Shown here: piece by piece, positions 19,233 through 29,263 of the stretch
Layout of the letters: every line of letters starts with the position of its first letter
How positions within the stretch are numbered: the stretch's first letter is position 1
DNA from: Nitrosopumilaceae archaeon
Lineage (GTDB): Archaea > Thermoproteota > Nitrososphaeria > Nitrososphaerales > Nitrosopumilaceae
NCBI GenBank assembly: GCA_965203465.1
Contig: CBDBCR010000001.1
Coordinates: 224,001-288,000, forward strand
Direction: 5' to 3'
Length of the DNA: 64,000 nucleotides
The notes under the pieces: model-generated
Database searches by the model: none
Told to the model about the DNA's origin: nothing
The model's input: the letters and a program-made list of their open reading frames with translations, nothing else
Made by a program: the position numbers and the translations under genes

Positions 19233-20272
19233 GCCACGCCGGTCTCGGAGGCGAGGCGGGCCGCGCGGGCGCGCGTCATCTTTTTTTCGGCCAGCACGGT
19301 GTGCCTGCCGGGCCGCAGATCCTGCGCGGATTCGAGCGCCTCGATCACCTGCCCGCGCGAGACGCCCACCGATTCGGCCCTCACCGGCGCGCCCACCGCC
19401 GCCAGGGCGCGCGCTATCTTTTTCCAGTCGCGCCCCTGCAGTTTCGCCATCATTATCGCCCCGAGCCCGCACTTTTCGCCGTGCAGGCCGGCGCCCGGCG
19501 CTATCCTGTCGAGCGCGTGCGAGAACAGGTGCTCCGAGCCCGAGCACGGCCTGCTGCTGCCGGCTATGCACGAGGCCACCCCGGCGCTGATTAGCGCCTC
19601 GACGACTATCCTGTGGTCGGGCCCCTCCGCTGAAAAGCGGCGCGCGTTCTCCAGTATCATGTCGGCGCTCATCAGGGCGAGGCTGGCCGAGTACCTGCCG
19701 TAGTACTCGCCGGTCCTGCGGTGGCCCAACTCCCAGTCGCGCACAGCCGTCGTGTTGGCTATCAGGTCGCCGCACCCGCTCGAGAGCAGGCGGGGCGGGG
19801 CCCTCTTGATCACGCCGATGTCGACAAAGACGCCGTGCGGCGCCGAGGCCACCGTCGAGTGCGGCTTGGGGCCGCGCACCGAGACGAACGGGCTGGCTAT
19901 CCCGTCGTGCGAGGCCGCCGTCGGCACGCTCGCGAACGGCAGGCCCAGCTGGTAAGAGACAATCTTGGCCACGTCGACTGACCTGCCCCCGCCGACGCCG
20001 GCCACCATGGCGCAGCCGGTCCCGGAGACGGCCTCCCGCACCGATTCTATCTGGGCCGGCTCGGTGCCCGGCGCCTCGTGCCACGAATATTCTATGGACG
20101 ACTTTTTGAGCGACCGCTCGACTTTTCTGCCGACCGCCTTTCTGACGTGCGCCCCCGAGACGAGCGCCGCGCGGGAGGGCGAGGCGAGCCTGGCGAGGAA
20201 CCCGCCTATCCGGTCCATGTTGCCCTCGCCGACCGATATAAGGCGGGGCAGCTCCATGGTGTGGGGCTTCAA
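19229..20272 (-). CDS. egsA: sn-glycerol-1-phosphate dehydrogenase
   Basis: GVGGGRSVDVAK, PTAASHDGIAS, SSRPCSGSEHLFSHALD, LHGEKCG. Confidence 0.95.
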   Translation of the reverse strand: MKPHTMELPRLISVGEGNMDRIGGFLARLASPSRAALVSGAHVRKAVGRKVERSLKKSSIEYSWHEAPGTEPAQIESVREAVSGTGCAMVAGVGGGRSVDVAKIVSYQLGLPFASVPTAASHDGIASPFVSVRGPKPHSTVASAPHGVFVDIGVIKRAPPRLLSSGCGDLIANTTAVRDWELGHRRTGEYYGRYSASLALMSADMILENARRFSAEGPDHRIVVEALISAGVASCIAGSSRPCSGSEHLFSHALDRIAPGAGLHGEKCGLGAIMMAKLQGRDWKKIARALAAVGAPVRAESVGVSRGQVIEALESAQDLRPGRHTVLAEKKMTRARAARLASETGVA

Positions 20273-20438
20273 CGCGGCGCTCCGGCGGCGCTATCTATTT
20301 GAGAGTTGGGCGCCCCTTGCGGGCGCGGGGCCGCCCGGGTTGGCAGTTTCCGGCTCCCGCGCGGCGGCACGATCTTAATAAAAAGCCCGGAAGAAATTAG
20401 GAGTCACAATTTATACATAAGTTCCCCGCATAACGGGC

Positions 20439-20810
20439 ATGCAGAAAGCGCAGCCCACGGCGTTTGCCGACACCATGGAGATCATCATGAACACCCCCAT
20501 AGAGGAGAGCATGAAAAAGGTCAGGTCTGAAGAATACTTTGAGGCCTGGAAAAAAGAAGCAGAGCAAAGCGCCCGCGTGATATTCACCTCGCTCCCGCTG
20601 GAGGGTCCGATCATACCGGACGAGCTGAAAAAAGAGGCCACGGAGCTGGTCTGCAGGCTCTCGTGGAACCATGCCTGCGATTACATGACCGCCGAGGAAA
20701 AGATCGCCGCCTGCCGCGCCAAGCGCAAAGAGATAGACGAGTACGCGTGGGAGCTGGCCAAAAAGGCCGCCGCCGAGCGGTGGAAGCGGATTCTGGCAGC
20801 TTCTAAGTGA
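20439..20810 (+). CDS. Hypothetical helical protein
   Basis: ATG with TTTATA ~28 bp upstream; plausible codon usage; no recognised motif. Confidence 0.55.
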   Translation: MQKAQPTAFADTMEIIMNTPIEESMKKVRSEEYFEAWKKEAEQSARVIFTSLPLEGPIIPDELKKEATELVCRLSWNHACDYMTAEEKIAACRAKRKEIDEYAWELAKKAAAERWKRILAASK

Positions 20811-21573
20811 AGCGTATCTCTGCTACGTCTTTCAGTGATTCGAGCACGGCGTAATATCGCGCAGAGTCTGGATCTGCGTCGAGTACCCGCCTTTTCACTA
20901 CTATGCGGGCGCCGCCGGGCACGCGGGTGCCGTCGGGCAGCCTGCATTCGGTCTCGCCCGCGAAGGAAAGATACTTTCGGCTGTCGATCCTCTCGTCTGC
21001 GGACGGAACCGACCAGGGCACGGCGGTGTATGCTGCAGGCCGGAGCGCGCCGCGGACTGCGTCGTCCACGGGCACCGTCAAGTATGCGGGGCGATCGCCG
21101 GTGTATTCGTTCGGGCCGAGGCTGAAAAGCTTGCATCCGCTCGGTTCCTTGCCTTCCTCCTTTTTGCTCTCGAACGTCCCTTTCCGGTAGCTGGACAGCT
21201 CCACAAAATCCATCCAGCGGTGCAGCGTCTCGGCTCCGGAGACCTCGCAGGCCAGGGCCGAAGTGAACCAGCGCGCCATGCACTCCATGTAGAGCGTCTT
21301 GCGATACTCGCCCGGATTTACGATTCTGAACCGATCCAGGCATATCGTGTTGGCTCTGTCCCACTCGCGCGCGCGCATCGCGTCCGCGTACGCCCGCGAT
21401 TCCGGGCTACCGCGGCCGAGAATCTCGTATGGATCTGCTATCAGCTTTTTCGCCATTTTGCTTATCCGGTTCGCCGCGTCCAGAAACCCGTCCTTGTCCA
21501 GCAGGGCGAACTCGCGGCGCGCCCGATCCAGCATGCCCGGATCCAGCGGGTGGCCCGGGCATATTTCCTCCAT
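20803..21573 (-). CDS. Hypothetical protein (possible ADP-ribosyltransferase-like fold)
   Basis: Long ORF with TTTTAT promoter-like element ~25 bp upstream of MEEICPG; LHRWM..KLFSL..ETECRL pattern. Confidence 0.55.
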   Translation of the reverse strand: MEEICPGHPLDPGMLDRARREFALLDKDGFLDAANRISKMAKKLIADPYEILGRGSPESRAYADAMRAREWDRANTICLDRFRIVNPGEYRKTLYMECMARWFTSALACEVSGAETLHRWMDFVELSSYRKGTFESKKEEGKEPSGCKLFSLGPNEYTGDRPAYLTVPVDDAVRGALRPAAYTAVPWSVPSADERIDSRKYLSFAGETECRLPDGTRVPGGARIVVKRRVLDADPDSARYYAVLESLKDVAEIRFT

Positions 21574-21807
21574 GCCTGCATCCGACAAGTTTGGGATAAA
21601 AATGCACCGTAATGTGCGGTACCACGCTCGGCCCGCGGCGAGGGGCGCCCCCGGCTTTCGGCAATTCTGCGATCCGTGCCTGAGCGGGGCCGCTTTCGGC
21701 CGATCCGGCCACTGAAGGCGCGAAGATGCCAACCGCCGAGCAGAGCCGCCCCTCGCAAGTTATTTAACGGGGCCCGCCCGGGCGAGGGCACCTTTCAGGT
21801 GTGACAT

Positions 21808-22437
21808 TTGTCTAGCGTACAGGAAAAGATACTGCATGGAACCACCACGGTGGGGATAAGGGCCTCGGACGGCGTGGTGCTCTGCGCCGACATGCGCGCC
21901 AGCGCCGGCTACTTTATCGCCAACAACAACACGATGAAGATCCAGAGGCTGGACGCGCACGCGGGCCTGACGCTCGCCGGCGGCGTGGCCGACGCGCAGA
22001 ACATCACCGAGACGCTGCGCTACCACGCCAGCATGTACCGCGTGCGCCGGCACGGGCCGATCCCGATAAGGTCGCTGACCCGGCTGACCTCGCTCATGTT
22101 CCACCAGAACCGCGGGTACCCGTTCATCGCGGACATACTCGTGGGCGGCTTCGACCTGGACGGCCCGGCGCTGTTCAACATCGACATGTTCGGCTCCGTC
22201 GAGCAAAAGCCGTACGTCACGACGGGCAGCGGATCGCCGGTGGCCTACGGGGTGCTCGAGGACGCCTACTCTGCGGAGCTCTCCGTCGGGGACGCCAAGA
22301 AACTGGCCCTAAAGGCCGTAAAGGCGGCCATCGTCCGCAACATAGGCACCGGGGACGGCATCAACGTCGCGGTGATAGACGGCGACGGCTTCCGCCTGCT
22401 CGAGGGCGAGCGGAAAAAGGCCGTCATTGAGTTATAG
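21808..22437 (+). CDS. psmB: Proteasome subunit beta
   Basis: HG-TTTVGI propeptide junction, ADMRAS, GSGSPVAYGVLE. Confidence 0.96.
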   Translation: MSSVQEKILHGTTTVGIRASDGVVLCADMRASAGYFIANNNTMKIQRLDAHAGLTLAGGVADAQNITETLRYHASMYRVRRHGPIPIRSLTRLTSLMFHQNRGYPFIADILVGGFDLDGPALFNIDMFGSVEQKPYVTTGSGSPVAYGVLEDAYSAELSVGDAKKLALKAVKAAIVRNIGTGDGINVAVIDGDGFRLLEGERKKAVIEL

Positions 22438-22440
22438 ATC

Positions 22441-24366
22441 ATGCAACGCAAGCCGCGCAAAGAGACGCCCAACATAATGAAGACCATACTGGCCAGCATG
22501 CCGCCCGAATCCGGCTTCACCACCGTCGAGTACGAGGGCCCGCGCATCGCGCTGTACACAAAGTCGCCGCGCTACCTCATGGAGCACAATGAGGTCATAT
22601 CCGGCCTGGCCAACTCCATACGCAAGAGGATAGTGCTGAGGACCGACAAGTCGGTGCGCAAGCCCGAGGAGCAGGTGCGCAAGACCATGTCGGCCGCGGT
22701 GCCCGAAAAGGCGGGCCTGCAGAGCATGTTCTTCGACGCCTCGACGGGCGAGGTCTCCATAGAGGCAAAGAGGCCGTGGCTGCTACAGCGCAAGTCGCCC
22801 GGGTTCAGCCACACCGACCTCGCCGAGCAGACCGGCTGGATGATACGCATCCGCAAGGCGCCCACCATACAGTCCAGTACAATCCAGTCCATAAACTACA
22901 ACCGCAAGGTCTCGGCCGCCGAGAGGGCAAAGCAGCTGAAGCAGATGGGCGACGACATATTCAGGCCGCGCATGTCTCCCCGTACCGAGGTGGTGCTCCA
23001 CTCGCTGGGCGGGTTCGGCCAGGTGGGCCGCTCGTGCATGCTGCTCTCCACGCCGGAAAGCAAGATACTGCTGGACTGCGGGGTCAACCCGGGCGCCTCG
23101 CACCCGTCCGACGCGTTCCCGCGCCTCGACTCGGTCAACCTCACGCTGGAGGATCTCGACGCGGTGGTGATAGGGCACGCGCACCTGGATCACACCGGGT
23201 TCCTGCCGGTACTGTGCAAGTACGGGTACCGCGGCCCCATATACTGCACCGAGCCGACGCTGCCCATGATGAACCTCATACAGCTGGACGCCATCAAGGT
23301 CTCGGCCGCGCAGGGGCGCGCGCCCCTCTACGCCGAGCGCGACGTAAAGCAGATAATGCGGCAGGCGGTCACCATCCCGTACTCGACGGTCACGGACATC
23401 TCGCCGGACGTAAAGCTGGATCTGGCCAACGCCGGCCACATACTCGGCTCGGCGCTGTGCCACTTCCACATCGGAAACGGCGACCACAACTTCGTGTACT
23501 CGGGGGACATAAAGTTCGGCAAGAGCATACTCTTCGAGTCGGCCAGCCACCGCTTCCAGAGGGTCGAGACGCTCCTCATAGAGAGCACCTACGGCGCAAA
23601 GGAGGACATACAGCCGAGCAGGCAGGAGGTCGAGTCGGCCTTTGTAAAGGCGGTCAACGAGACGCTGGCCGACGGCGGCAAGGTCCTCATACCGATACCG
23701 GCCGTCGGGCGCGCCCAGGAGATAATGATGGTCATAGACCACTACATGAAGTCGGGCCAGATGACCGAGGCGCCCGTCTTCACCGAGGGCATGATATCGG
23801 AGGCCTCCGCCATACACGAATCCTACCCCGAGTACCTGGAGCGCGGCCTCGGCCGCAAGATAATGGAGACCGACGACAACCCGTTCGATTCGGAGTACTT
23901 TACCAACATCGAGCACTCGGACGCGCGCTCCGAGCCTATGCGCGAGGGCTCGCCGTGCATCGTGCTGGCCACCTCCGGCATGCTCGAGGGCGGGCCTGTC
24001 CTGGAATACTTTAGGAACATGGCGCCCGACCGCGGCAACAAGATACTGTTCGTCTCCTACCAGGTCAACGGGACGATGGGCAGGCGCGTGATGGACGGCG
24101 CCCGGCAGGTGTCCATGCTGGGCCGCGACGGCAAGGTGGACGTGGTCAGCATAAACTGCAGCGTCGAGAGGCTCGAGGGGTTCAGCGGGCACAGCGACTA
24201 CAACCAGCTGGTCTCGTTCGTGCAGCGCCTGCGCCCAAAGCTGCGCCGCATACTGGTCAACCACGGCGAGAGGCGCAAGTCCGAGAATTTGGCCTCGGCG
24301 CTGCGCCGCATGTACCGGATACCGTCGCACAACCCGCAGGTGCAGGAAGCCGTGAAGCTATTTTAG
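22441..24366 (+). CDS. fttA: Beta-CASP ribonuclease aCPSF1 / transcription termination factor FttA
   Basis: KH N-terminus (EYEGPRIALY), LGGFGQVGRSC, HAHLDH, AGHILGS, GFSGHSD, HGE; syntenic with psmB. Confidence 0.95.
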   Translation: MQRKPRKETPNIMKTILASMPPESGFTTVEYEGPRIALYTKSPRYLMEHNEVISGLANSIRKRIVLRTDKSVRKPEEQVRKTMSAAVPEKAGLQSMFFDASTGEVSIEAKRPWLLQRKSPGFSHTDLAEQTGWMIRIRKAPTIQSSTIQSINYNRKVSAAERAKQLKQMGDDIFRPRMSPRTEVVLHSLGGFGQVGRSCMLLSTPESKILLDCGVNPGASHPSDAFPRLDSVNLTLEDLDAVVIGHAHLDHTGFLPVLCKYGYRGPIYCTEPTLPMMNLIQLDAIKVSAAQGRAPLYAERDVKQIMRQAVTIPYSTVTDISPDVKLDLANAGHILGSALCHFHIGNGDHNFVYSGDIKFGKSILFESASHRFQRVETLLIESTYGAKEDIQPSRQEVESAFVKAVNETLADGGKVLIPIPAVGRAQEIMMVIDHYMKSGQMTEAPVFTEGMISEASAIHESYPEYLERGLGRKIMETDDNPFDSEYFTNIEHSDARSEPMREGSPCIVLATSGMLEGGPVLEYFRNMAPDRGNKILFVSYQVNGTMGRRVMDGARQVSMLGRDGKVDVVSINCSVERLEGFSGHSDYNQLVSFVQRLRPKLRRILVNHGERRKSENLASALRRMYRIPSHNPQVQEAVKLF

Positions 24367-24636
24367 GTCGTAGTCGGGCTTCCATATCTTGACGTCGGCC
24401 GGGGTTATGATGACGCGCTCCTCGCCGAGCCGGGCCACCTCGGAGCCGGCGTCCTTTGCCGATTCGTAGACCTGCTCTATGAGCTTGCGCAGCTGCTCGA
24501 CGTCCTTTTGGGCCAGCGGCGTGACGCGCAGTATCAGTATCATCTTCTTCTTGATGTCCTCGTTGATCCCGTGTATGTCGCTCGGATCCCTCAGGGTGAT
24601 GGCCTTTAGGTACGTCGGGCTCGACTGCTTCTGCAC
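24358..24636 (-). CDS. sepF: Cell division protein SepF
   Basis: YLKAITLRD..DI..I...IKK.MILIL...VARLGEERVIITP.DVKI. Confidence 0.8.
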   Translation of the reverse strand: MQKQSSPTYLKAITLRDPSDIHGINEDIKKKMILILRVTPLAQKDVEQLRKLIEQVYESAKDAGSEVARLGEERVIITPADVKIWKPDYDLK

Positions 24637-24685
24637 GCCCCCCCGCGCACCCCCTCCCTCAAAAACTCTTCTTTGGATTCCGTGC

Positions 24686-25672
24686 CTAGAGTACGCGCAG
24701 GGGCCCGTACTCGGCCTCGGTGGCCGGCTCGTGCTCGGCCTCGCCCTCCTGCGCCCCCCAAGCCCGGACGCGCGCGGGGCCCGGCGCGTCCGAGTACCTG
24801 ACGGTTATGGACGCGGCCAGCGCGGCGTGCCCGGCGCCTCCCCTGACCAGAGTGGTGGGACCCATGTGGCCGACCACCTCGAGCAGGGTGTCTGCGGGCA
24901 GCGCGAGGGACCTCATCGCCAAGTTCTCGTCGCGGTTGCGCCCGACTATGATCTTTGTGTTCTCGTCGGGCCTGAAGTGCCTGCCTATCTTTAGCAGCTC
25001 TACGTCGTTGATGGTCGGCGTCTCGGTGTGCGAAAACAGGTCGGCCGCCTTCCTGCCGAACGAGGGGTCGGTCAGCAGGCAGCCGCCGCCGGCGTTGGGA
25101 GGATCCTCGATGCCGTACTCTTTGGCCATCCTCAGCTGGCCCGATCTGGTGCGGCCGCGTATCATGCCCAGGTCTTCCCTCTTGATCAGGCCCTCTTTTT
25201 CGGGGCCGGTGGCCGGCAGCAGCCTCCCCGAGAGGGGCCGCACTATCCTGCCCTCGAGGCCGGATTCGCCCTCGATGGTCCGCAGGGCCTTTGCGTGCTG
25301 GCTCATGGGGCGCTGGCCGAGCACCTCGCCGGATATGGCGAACTCGGCGCCGATCTCGGCCATGTGCTCCTTGGCGGCCTTGAACATCATGGCCCTGCAG
25401 TCCACGCACGGGTTGAAGCCGGCGCCCCTGCCGTACTTTGGGCTCTTTAGCATCTTGATGTACTCGTCGCCAAGGTACACCGTCTTTAGGTCCACGCCCA
25501 GATCGTCGGCCCTCTGGCGTATCTCGAAGCCGCAGCCGCGCCCGCAGTCAAAGTCGCAGAACGGCGTCTTTATGGCGACGGCCGAGACCTCGAAGCCCTG
25601 CTTTTGCATCATCCTGACGGCCAGCTGGCTGTCCAGGCCGCCGGAGAGCAGGGCCACCACCTTCTTTGCCAC
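24686..25672 (-). CDS. ThiI/MnmA-like tRNA sulfurtransferase family PP-loop protein
   Basis: ALLSGGLDS, NPCVDCR, SGEVLGQRPMSQ, RPLS, AGGGCLLTD, GRHFR. Confidence 0.85.
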   Translation of the reverse strand: MAKKVVALLSGGLDSQLAVRMMQKQGFEVSAVAIKTPFCDFDCGRGCGFEIRQRADDLGVDLKTVYLGDEYIKMLKSPKYGRGAGFNPCVDCRAMMFKAAKEHMAEIGAEFAISGEVLGQRPMSQHAKALRTIEGESGLEGRIVRPLSGRLLPATGPEKEGLIKREDLGMIRGRTRSGQLRMAKEYGIEDPPNAGGGCLLTDPSFGRKAADLFSHTETPTINDVELLKIGRHFRPDENTKIIVGRNRDENLAMRSLALPADTLLEVVGHMGPTTLVRGGAGHAALAASITVRYSDAPGPARVRAWGAQEGEAEHEPATEAEYGPLRVL

Positions 25673-25744
25673 GCGGCGGCCGGCCGGGGCCACTATACAA
25701 AAGTAGCGCAAAGAAACAAAAGCCCGGCGGCGGCCGGCCCCGCC

Positions 25745-26803
25745 GTGGAGCCCCGCCGCAAAAAGCTGCTAAAGCTGGCCAAAAAGGCCGGCTGCGACGC
25801 GCTGGCAGCCTTCGAGCCGGAGAACGTCTTTTACATGACCGGGTTCTGGGGGGACGGCTCGGCGGTCCTGGAAAAGGGCGGGCGGGCCACGGTGGTCGCC
25901 TCGCCCCTCGAGGCCGGCAGGGCCCGCCAGGAGGCGCCCGAATGCCGCATAGTGGAGTCGTCGAACGTGCTCTCCGAGACTATATCCTGCCTGCGCGGCA
26001 GGCGGCCGTGCACCGACGCGCGCGACCACCAGACCGTCTCGGCGCTGCGCCGCAAGATGCCCGGGATACTGGCCGATCCGGGGCCGTTTTTCGGCGCGCG
26101 CATGGTAAAGGACGACAGGGAGATGTCGGTGCTCCGGCGCGCCTCGCGCCTGATAGACGAGATGTTCGAGCTGTGCGCCTCAAAGATGCGCGAGGGCATG
26201 CGGGAGTCGGAGCTGCAGGCGCTGCTCATGTCGCACGCGGTGCAGAAGCAGCTGTTCGATACGGGGTACAGGCACACGCTCAACCCGCTCATCGTGGCCG
26301 GCGGGCCCAACGGGGCGCTGCCGCACGCGCAGGTGTCGGCAAGAAGGTTCAGGCGGCGCGACCTGGTCGTGGTCGACATAACGCTGCGCTACCAGGGCTA
26401 CGTCTCTGACGCGACGCGCACGTTCTCGATCGGGCAGCCGACAAGGAGGGCTCGCGAGGCCTACGATGTGGTGCGCGAGGCGCAGGTGCTCGGCCTGCAC
26501 GCCGCGCGCAAGGGGGCGCGGTGCAGCGAGGTCGATTCTGCGTGCCGGCGGCACATCGCCTCGCGGGGGATGGAAAAGCTGTTCGTGCACTCGACGGGCC
26601 ACGGCGTCGGCCTCGAGGTGCACGAGCAGCCGTCGATATCTGCGCGCAGCGCGGCAAAGCTGAAGGAGGGCATGGCCATCACCGTGGAGCCGGGCGTGTA
26701 CGCGCCGCGCAAGTTCGGCGTGCGCATCGAGGATTCGGTGCTGGTGCGCGACGGGCCGCCCTCGGTCATGCACAAGTTCACCAAGGACTTGGTGACCGTG
26801 TAG
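25745..26803 (+). CDS. Xaa-Pro aminopeptidase (M24)
   Basis: YVSDATRT, HSTGHGVGLEVHE, TVEPGVY, GVRIED. Confidence 0.93.
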   Translation: MEPRRKKLLKLAKKAGCDALAAFEPENVFYMTGFWGDGSAVLEKGGRATVVASPLEAGRARQEAPECRIVESSNVLSETISCLRGRRPCTDARDHQTVSALRRKMPGILADPGPFFGARMVKDDREMSVLRRASRLIDEMFELCASKMREGMRESELQALLMSHAVQKQLFDTGYRHTLNPLIVAGGPNGALPHAQVSARRFRRRDLVVVDITLRYQGYVSDATRTFSIGQPTRRAREAYDVVREAQVLGLHAARKGARCSEVDSACRRHIASRGMEKLFVHSTGHGVGLEVHEQPSISARSAAKLKEGMAITVEPGVYAPRKFGVRIEDSVLVRDGPPSVMHKFTKDLVTV

Positions 26804-27219
26804 GTTCGGGGCAGCTTTGCAGGCCTTTCAGGCGGGATGCGCCGTCAAGCGGCGCGGCCGCGCTGAGAAAACGGGATATCCGTACCCACATCTGCCCAAG
26901 GGATTCGAGTACGGCCTCGTGATCCGGCCCGCGCCCCCGGCAAAAACCATCCGTGCGGCGATCCGCTGCGCGCCGGCTGCGCAAGCGCCCGCTAGACTGA
27001 ACTTTGCGGCGGGAGTTTTGGATTCCAGCTATCGCTGCAGTTGCCGCACATTCTGCATACTCGCGCACCCGTCTGCTATCGTCTTCGGACAAGCTGACCG
27101 AAATGCCGCCGAACGCTCCGGGGCCATTATGACGCGCGACGGGACTGAACGGCGCGGTACCGTTTGAGCCAAAAAGATTGATATGGAAACTGCAGCCGCA
27201 GAGGCGTGCGAGCTAACCA

Positions 27220-27438
27220 ATGTCTGACATCAAGAAAGCGCCGGCAGTAGCCTTGGCGCTGGCAGAATATGCCCGGGATCGCGCGGACGAAGGCGGCGTC
27301 ACTCGGCTCGATCTCAAGCAATACGTGCTGAGCTGGATAGCAGGACTTGGAATGCGCATCTCCACATCCGAGATAGTCCAGCGCATGATAGACGGCGGCA
27401 TGTTGGTAAAGAGCGGCATGCTGGGAGACGATGTCTAG
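27220..27438 (+). CDS. Small hypothetical protein (winged-helix-like), possibly truncated by an in-frame TAG
   Basis: ATG ORF; the frame continues YLPAENYREIAARKPPWQPGDI after the TAG. Confidence 0.4.
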   Translation: MSDIKKAPAVALALAEYARDRADEGGVTRLDLKQYVLSWIAGLGMRISTSEIVQRMIDGGMLVKSGMLGDDV

Positions 27439-27567
27439 TATCTTCCGGCAGAAAACTACCGCGAGATCGCCGCGCGCAAACCGCCTTGGCAGCCCGGCGA
27501 CATTTAGACGCCTGAAACAGGATCGCGCCGCTTTATCGAAAGCGGCAGATTGGAACGCACGGTGCGC

Positions 27568-27894
27568 CTACGGCGCGAGCGTCCCTACAGCCTGAACTTT
27601 ATTCCTCGAGGCGGGGGTCTGGGCTTCCAGCTCCCGTCGCCGTTGCTGCACCTCTCCGTACTCTATCATGTAACCGTCGACCATTTGTTTGCCCTCTTTT
27701 GGCAGCTGCTCGTACGGAAAGCCGTACCTGCACAGGCCGGTCAGCGTCGCCGGCGTAAAGTACTCGTTTTCGCAATAAGGCGCGAACGTGTTCTTTAGCC
27801 GCGACGGCGGCTTTTCCGTACTGTCGATTGCGTCGATCTCGTCCACGGCGCCCGTCTCTTGCGTTCGTGTAATACACCGATCTTGAACTTTCAA
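27568..27894 (-). CDS. Hypothetical protein
   Basis: ORF with protein-like composition in an accessory gap; start uncertain. Confidence 0.4.
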   Translation of the reverse strand: MKVQDRCITRTQETGAVDEIDAIDSTEKPPSRLKNTFAPYCENEYFTPATLTGLCRYGFPYEQLPKEGKQMVDGYMIEYGEVQQRRRELEAQTPASRNKVQAVGTLAP

Positions 27895-27990
27895 ACCTAG
27901 CCGGCACGCGCGCCCGATCTAAAGCCGGGCCGTCGGCGCCGCGCGCGGCCAAGCGCCATGTCCTGGGTTCAGGATCAGTTCATCCAGAGG

Positions 27991-28413
27991 TCAGTCGTAA
28001 AACAACACGGTGTCCAGGACCGACTTGCCGTTATCGTTGTCGGCGCTCACCGTTCCGTCCCCGAGCAGCTGCCACCTGTACTCTATCCTCTCCGGCCCCG
28101 CCTCGAACGCCAGCGAGACCAGCTCGCCGGACACGTCGGCGCTCACCGAGGCGTCCCCGTACACGTCGTCCCCGAACCTGTCGGTCAGCTTTGAATCGAG
28201 CGCCTCGAGTATGCTCAGGCCACCGCCGTCGGGCCCCGAGTACCGCATCACCGCCTCGAGCGCCTCCCCGTCGCTGCCCTCCAGCTCCGGGATCAAGTCC
28301 TCCAGGTCTTCCTCCAGGATGCCGGGCAGCGCGAGCACTAGGAACACGCCGGTCAGGGCCGCGTACACGGGCGCGCGCTTTCTCAAGAACCCCTGGCTCT
28401 TCCAAGCTCCCAC
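27991..28413 (-). CDS. Membrane-anchored acidic hypothetical protein
   Basis: N-terminal TM, acidic body, host codon usage; downstream of the methyltransferase. Confidence 0.7.
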   Translation of the reverse strand: MGAWKSQGFLRKRAPVYAALTGVFLVLALPGILEEDLEDLIPELEGSDGEALEAVMRYSGPDGGGLSILEALDSKLTDRFGDDVYGDASVSADVSGELVSLAFEAGPERIEYRWQLLGDGTVSADNDNGKSVLDTVLFYD

Positions 28414-28435
28414 GGCCGGCTGCCGGGCGCGGGCG

Positions 28436-29263
28436 TTAAAGCCCTTTGGACGCGCGCGCCGAGCCCACCAGCACCTGCCAGGGGAACGTGATGCGCCCGC
28501 CCCTGCCCGCGTACCTTGCCGCGTTCTCCCTGGCCTGCCGCTTCAGCCCGGCCATCTCGGAGCGGCTCAGCTTTGCCAGCATCGAGCGCACGCGCTCCGA
28601 GGCGTACCTGCGGTAGGAAGACCAGTACTGCTCGAAAGTGCCTGGGCTGTAGCTGAACCGGAACTCGCGCACGCGCACCGACGACAGGCCGGCCCCGCGC
28701 AGCTCCGAGGCCAGCGCCGGGCGCGAGCCGAACCTGTCCAGGCGCGGCGAGCCGGCCGGCAGGTACCCGGGCACGTACCTTTCCACCGCGTCGAGTATGC
28801 TCGTGTAGTAGGGCGTGTCGTTGCCGTGCACCGTCACCGTTATCCTGCCGCCTTTTCTGAGGCAGGCGGACATCTGGCGTAGCGCCCCGCGCGCGTCGGG
28901 GAAGAAAAACAGAGCGTACTGGCAGACGGCCGCGTCGAACACGCGCGCCGAGCCCAGCCGCTCTGCGTCCATGCACGCAAAGGCGCAGCCCGGCGCCGCC
29001 CCGCGCGCTATGCGCAGCGCCGCGCGCGAGGCGTCCACGCCTAGCACGAACCCCGACGGGCCCGCGGCCCTTGCCAGCGCGGCCGAGGACATGCCGGTGC
29101 CGCACGCCACGTCGAGCACCGAATCGCCCCTCTCTATCCGCGCGCACTCTACGGTGGCCGCCGTGGCGCCTCCCCACGGACCGCGCCTGTCGGACGACCA
29201 CCGCCGGTGGTACCTGGCGGCCATCTCGTCCCACGTGCGCGCGCACAGGGCCTTGTAGGACAC
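28436..29263 (-). CDS. Class I SAM-dependent methyltransferase (UbiE-like)
   Basis: VLDVACGTG, GVDAS, MDAERL, FDAAVCQYALFFFPD; GTG start overlapping the coaBC stop. Confidence 0.88.
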   Translation of the reverse strand: MSYKALCARTWDEMAARYHRRWSSDRRGPWGGATAATVECARIERGDSVLDVACGTGMSSAALARAAGPSGFVLGVDASRAALRIARGAAPGCAFACMDAERLGSARVFDAAVCQYALFFFPDARGALRQMSACLRKGGRITVTVHGNDTPYYTSILDAVERYVPGYLPAGSPRLDRFGSRPALASELRGAGLSSVRVREFRFSYSPGTFEQYWSSYRRYASERVRSMLAKLSRSEMAGLKRQARENAARYAGRGGRITFPWQVLVGSARASKGL

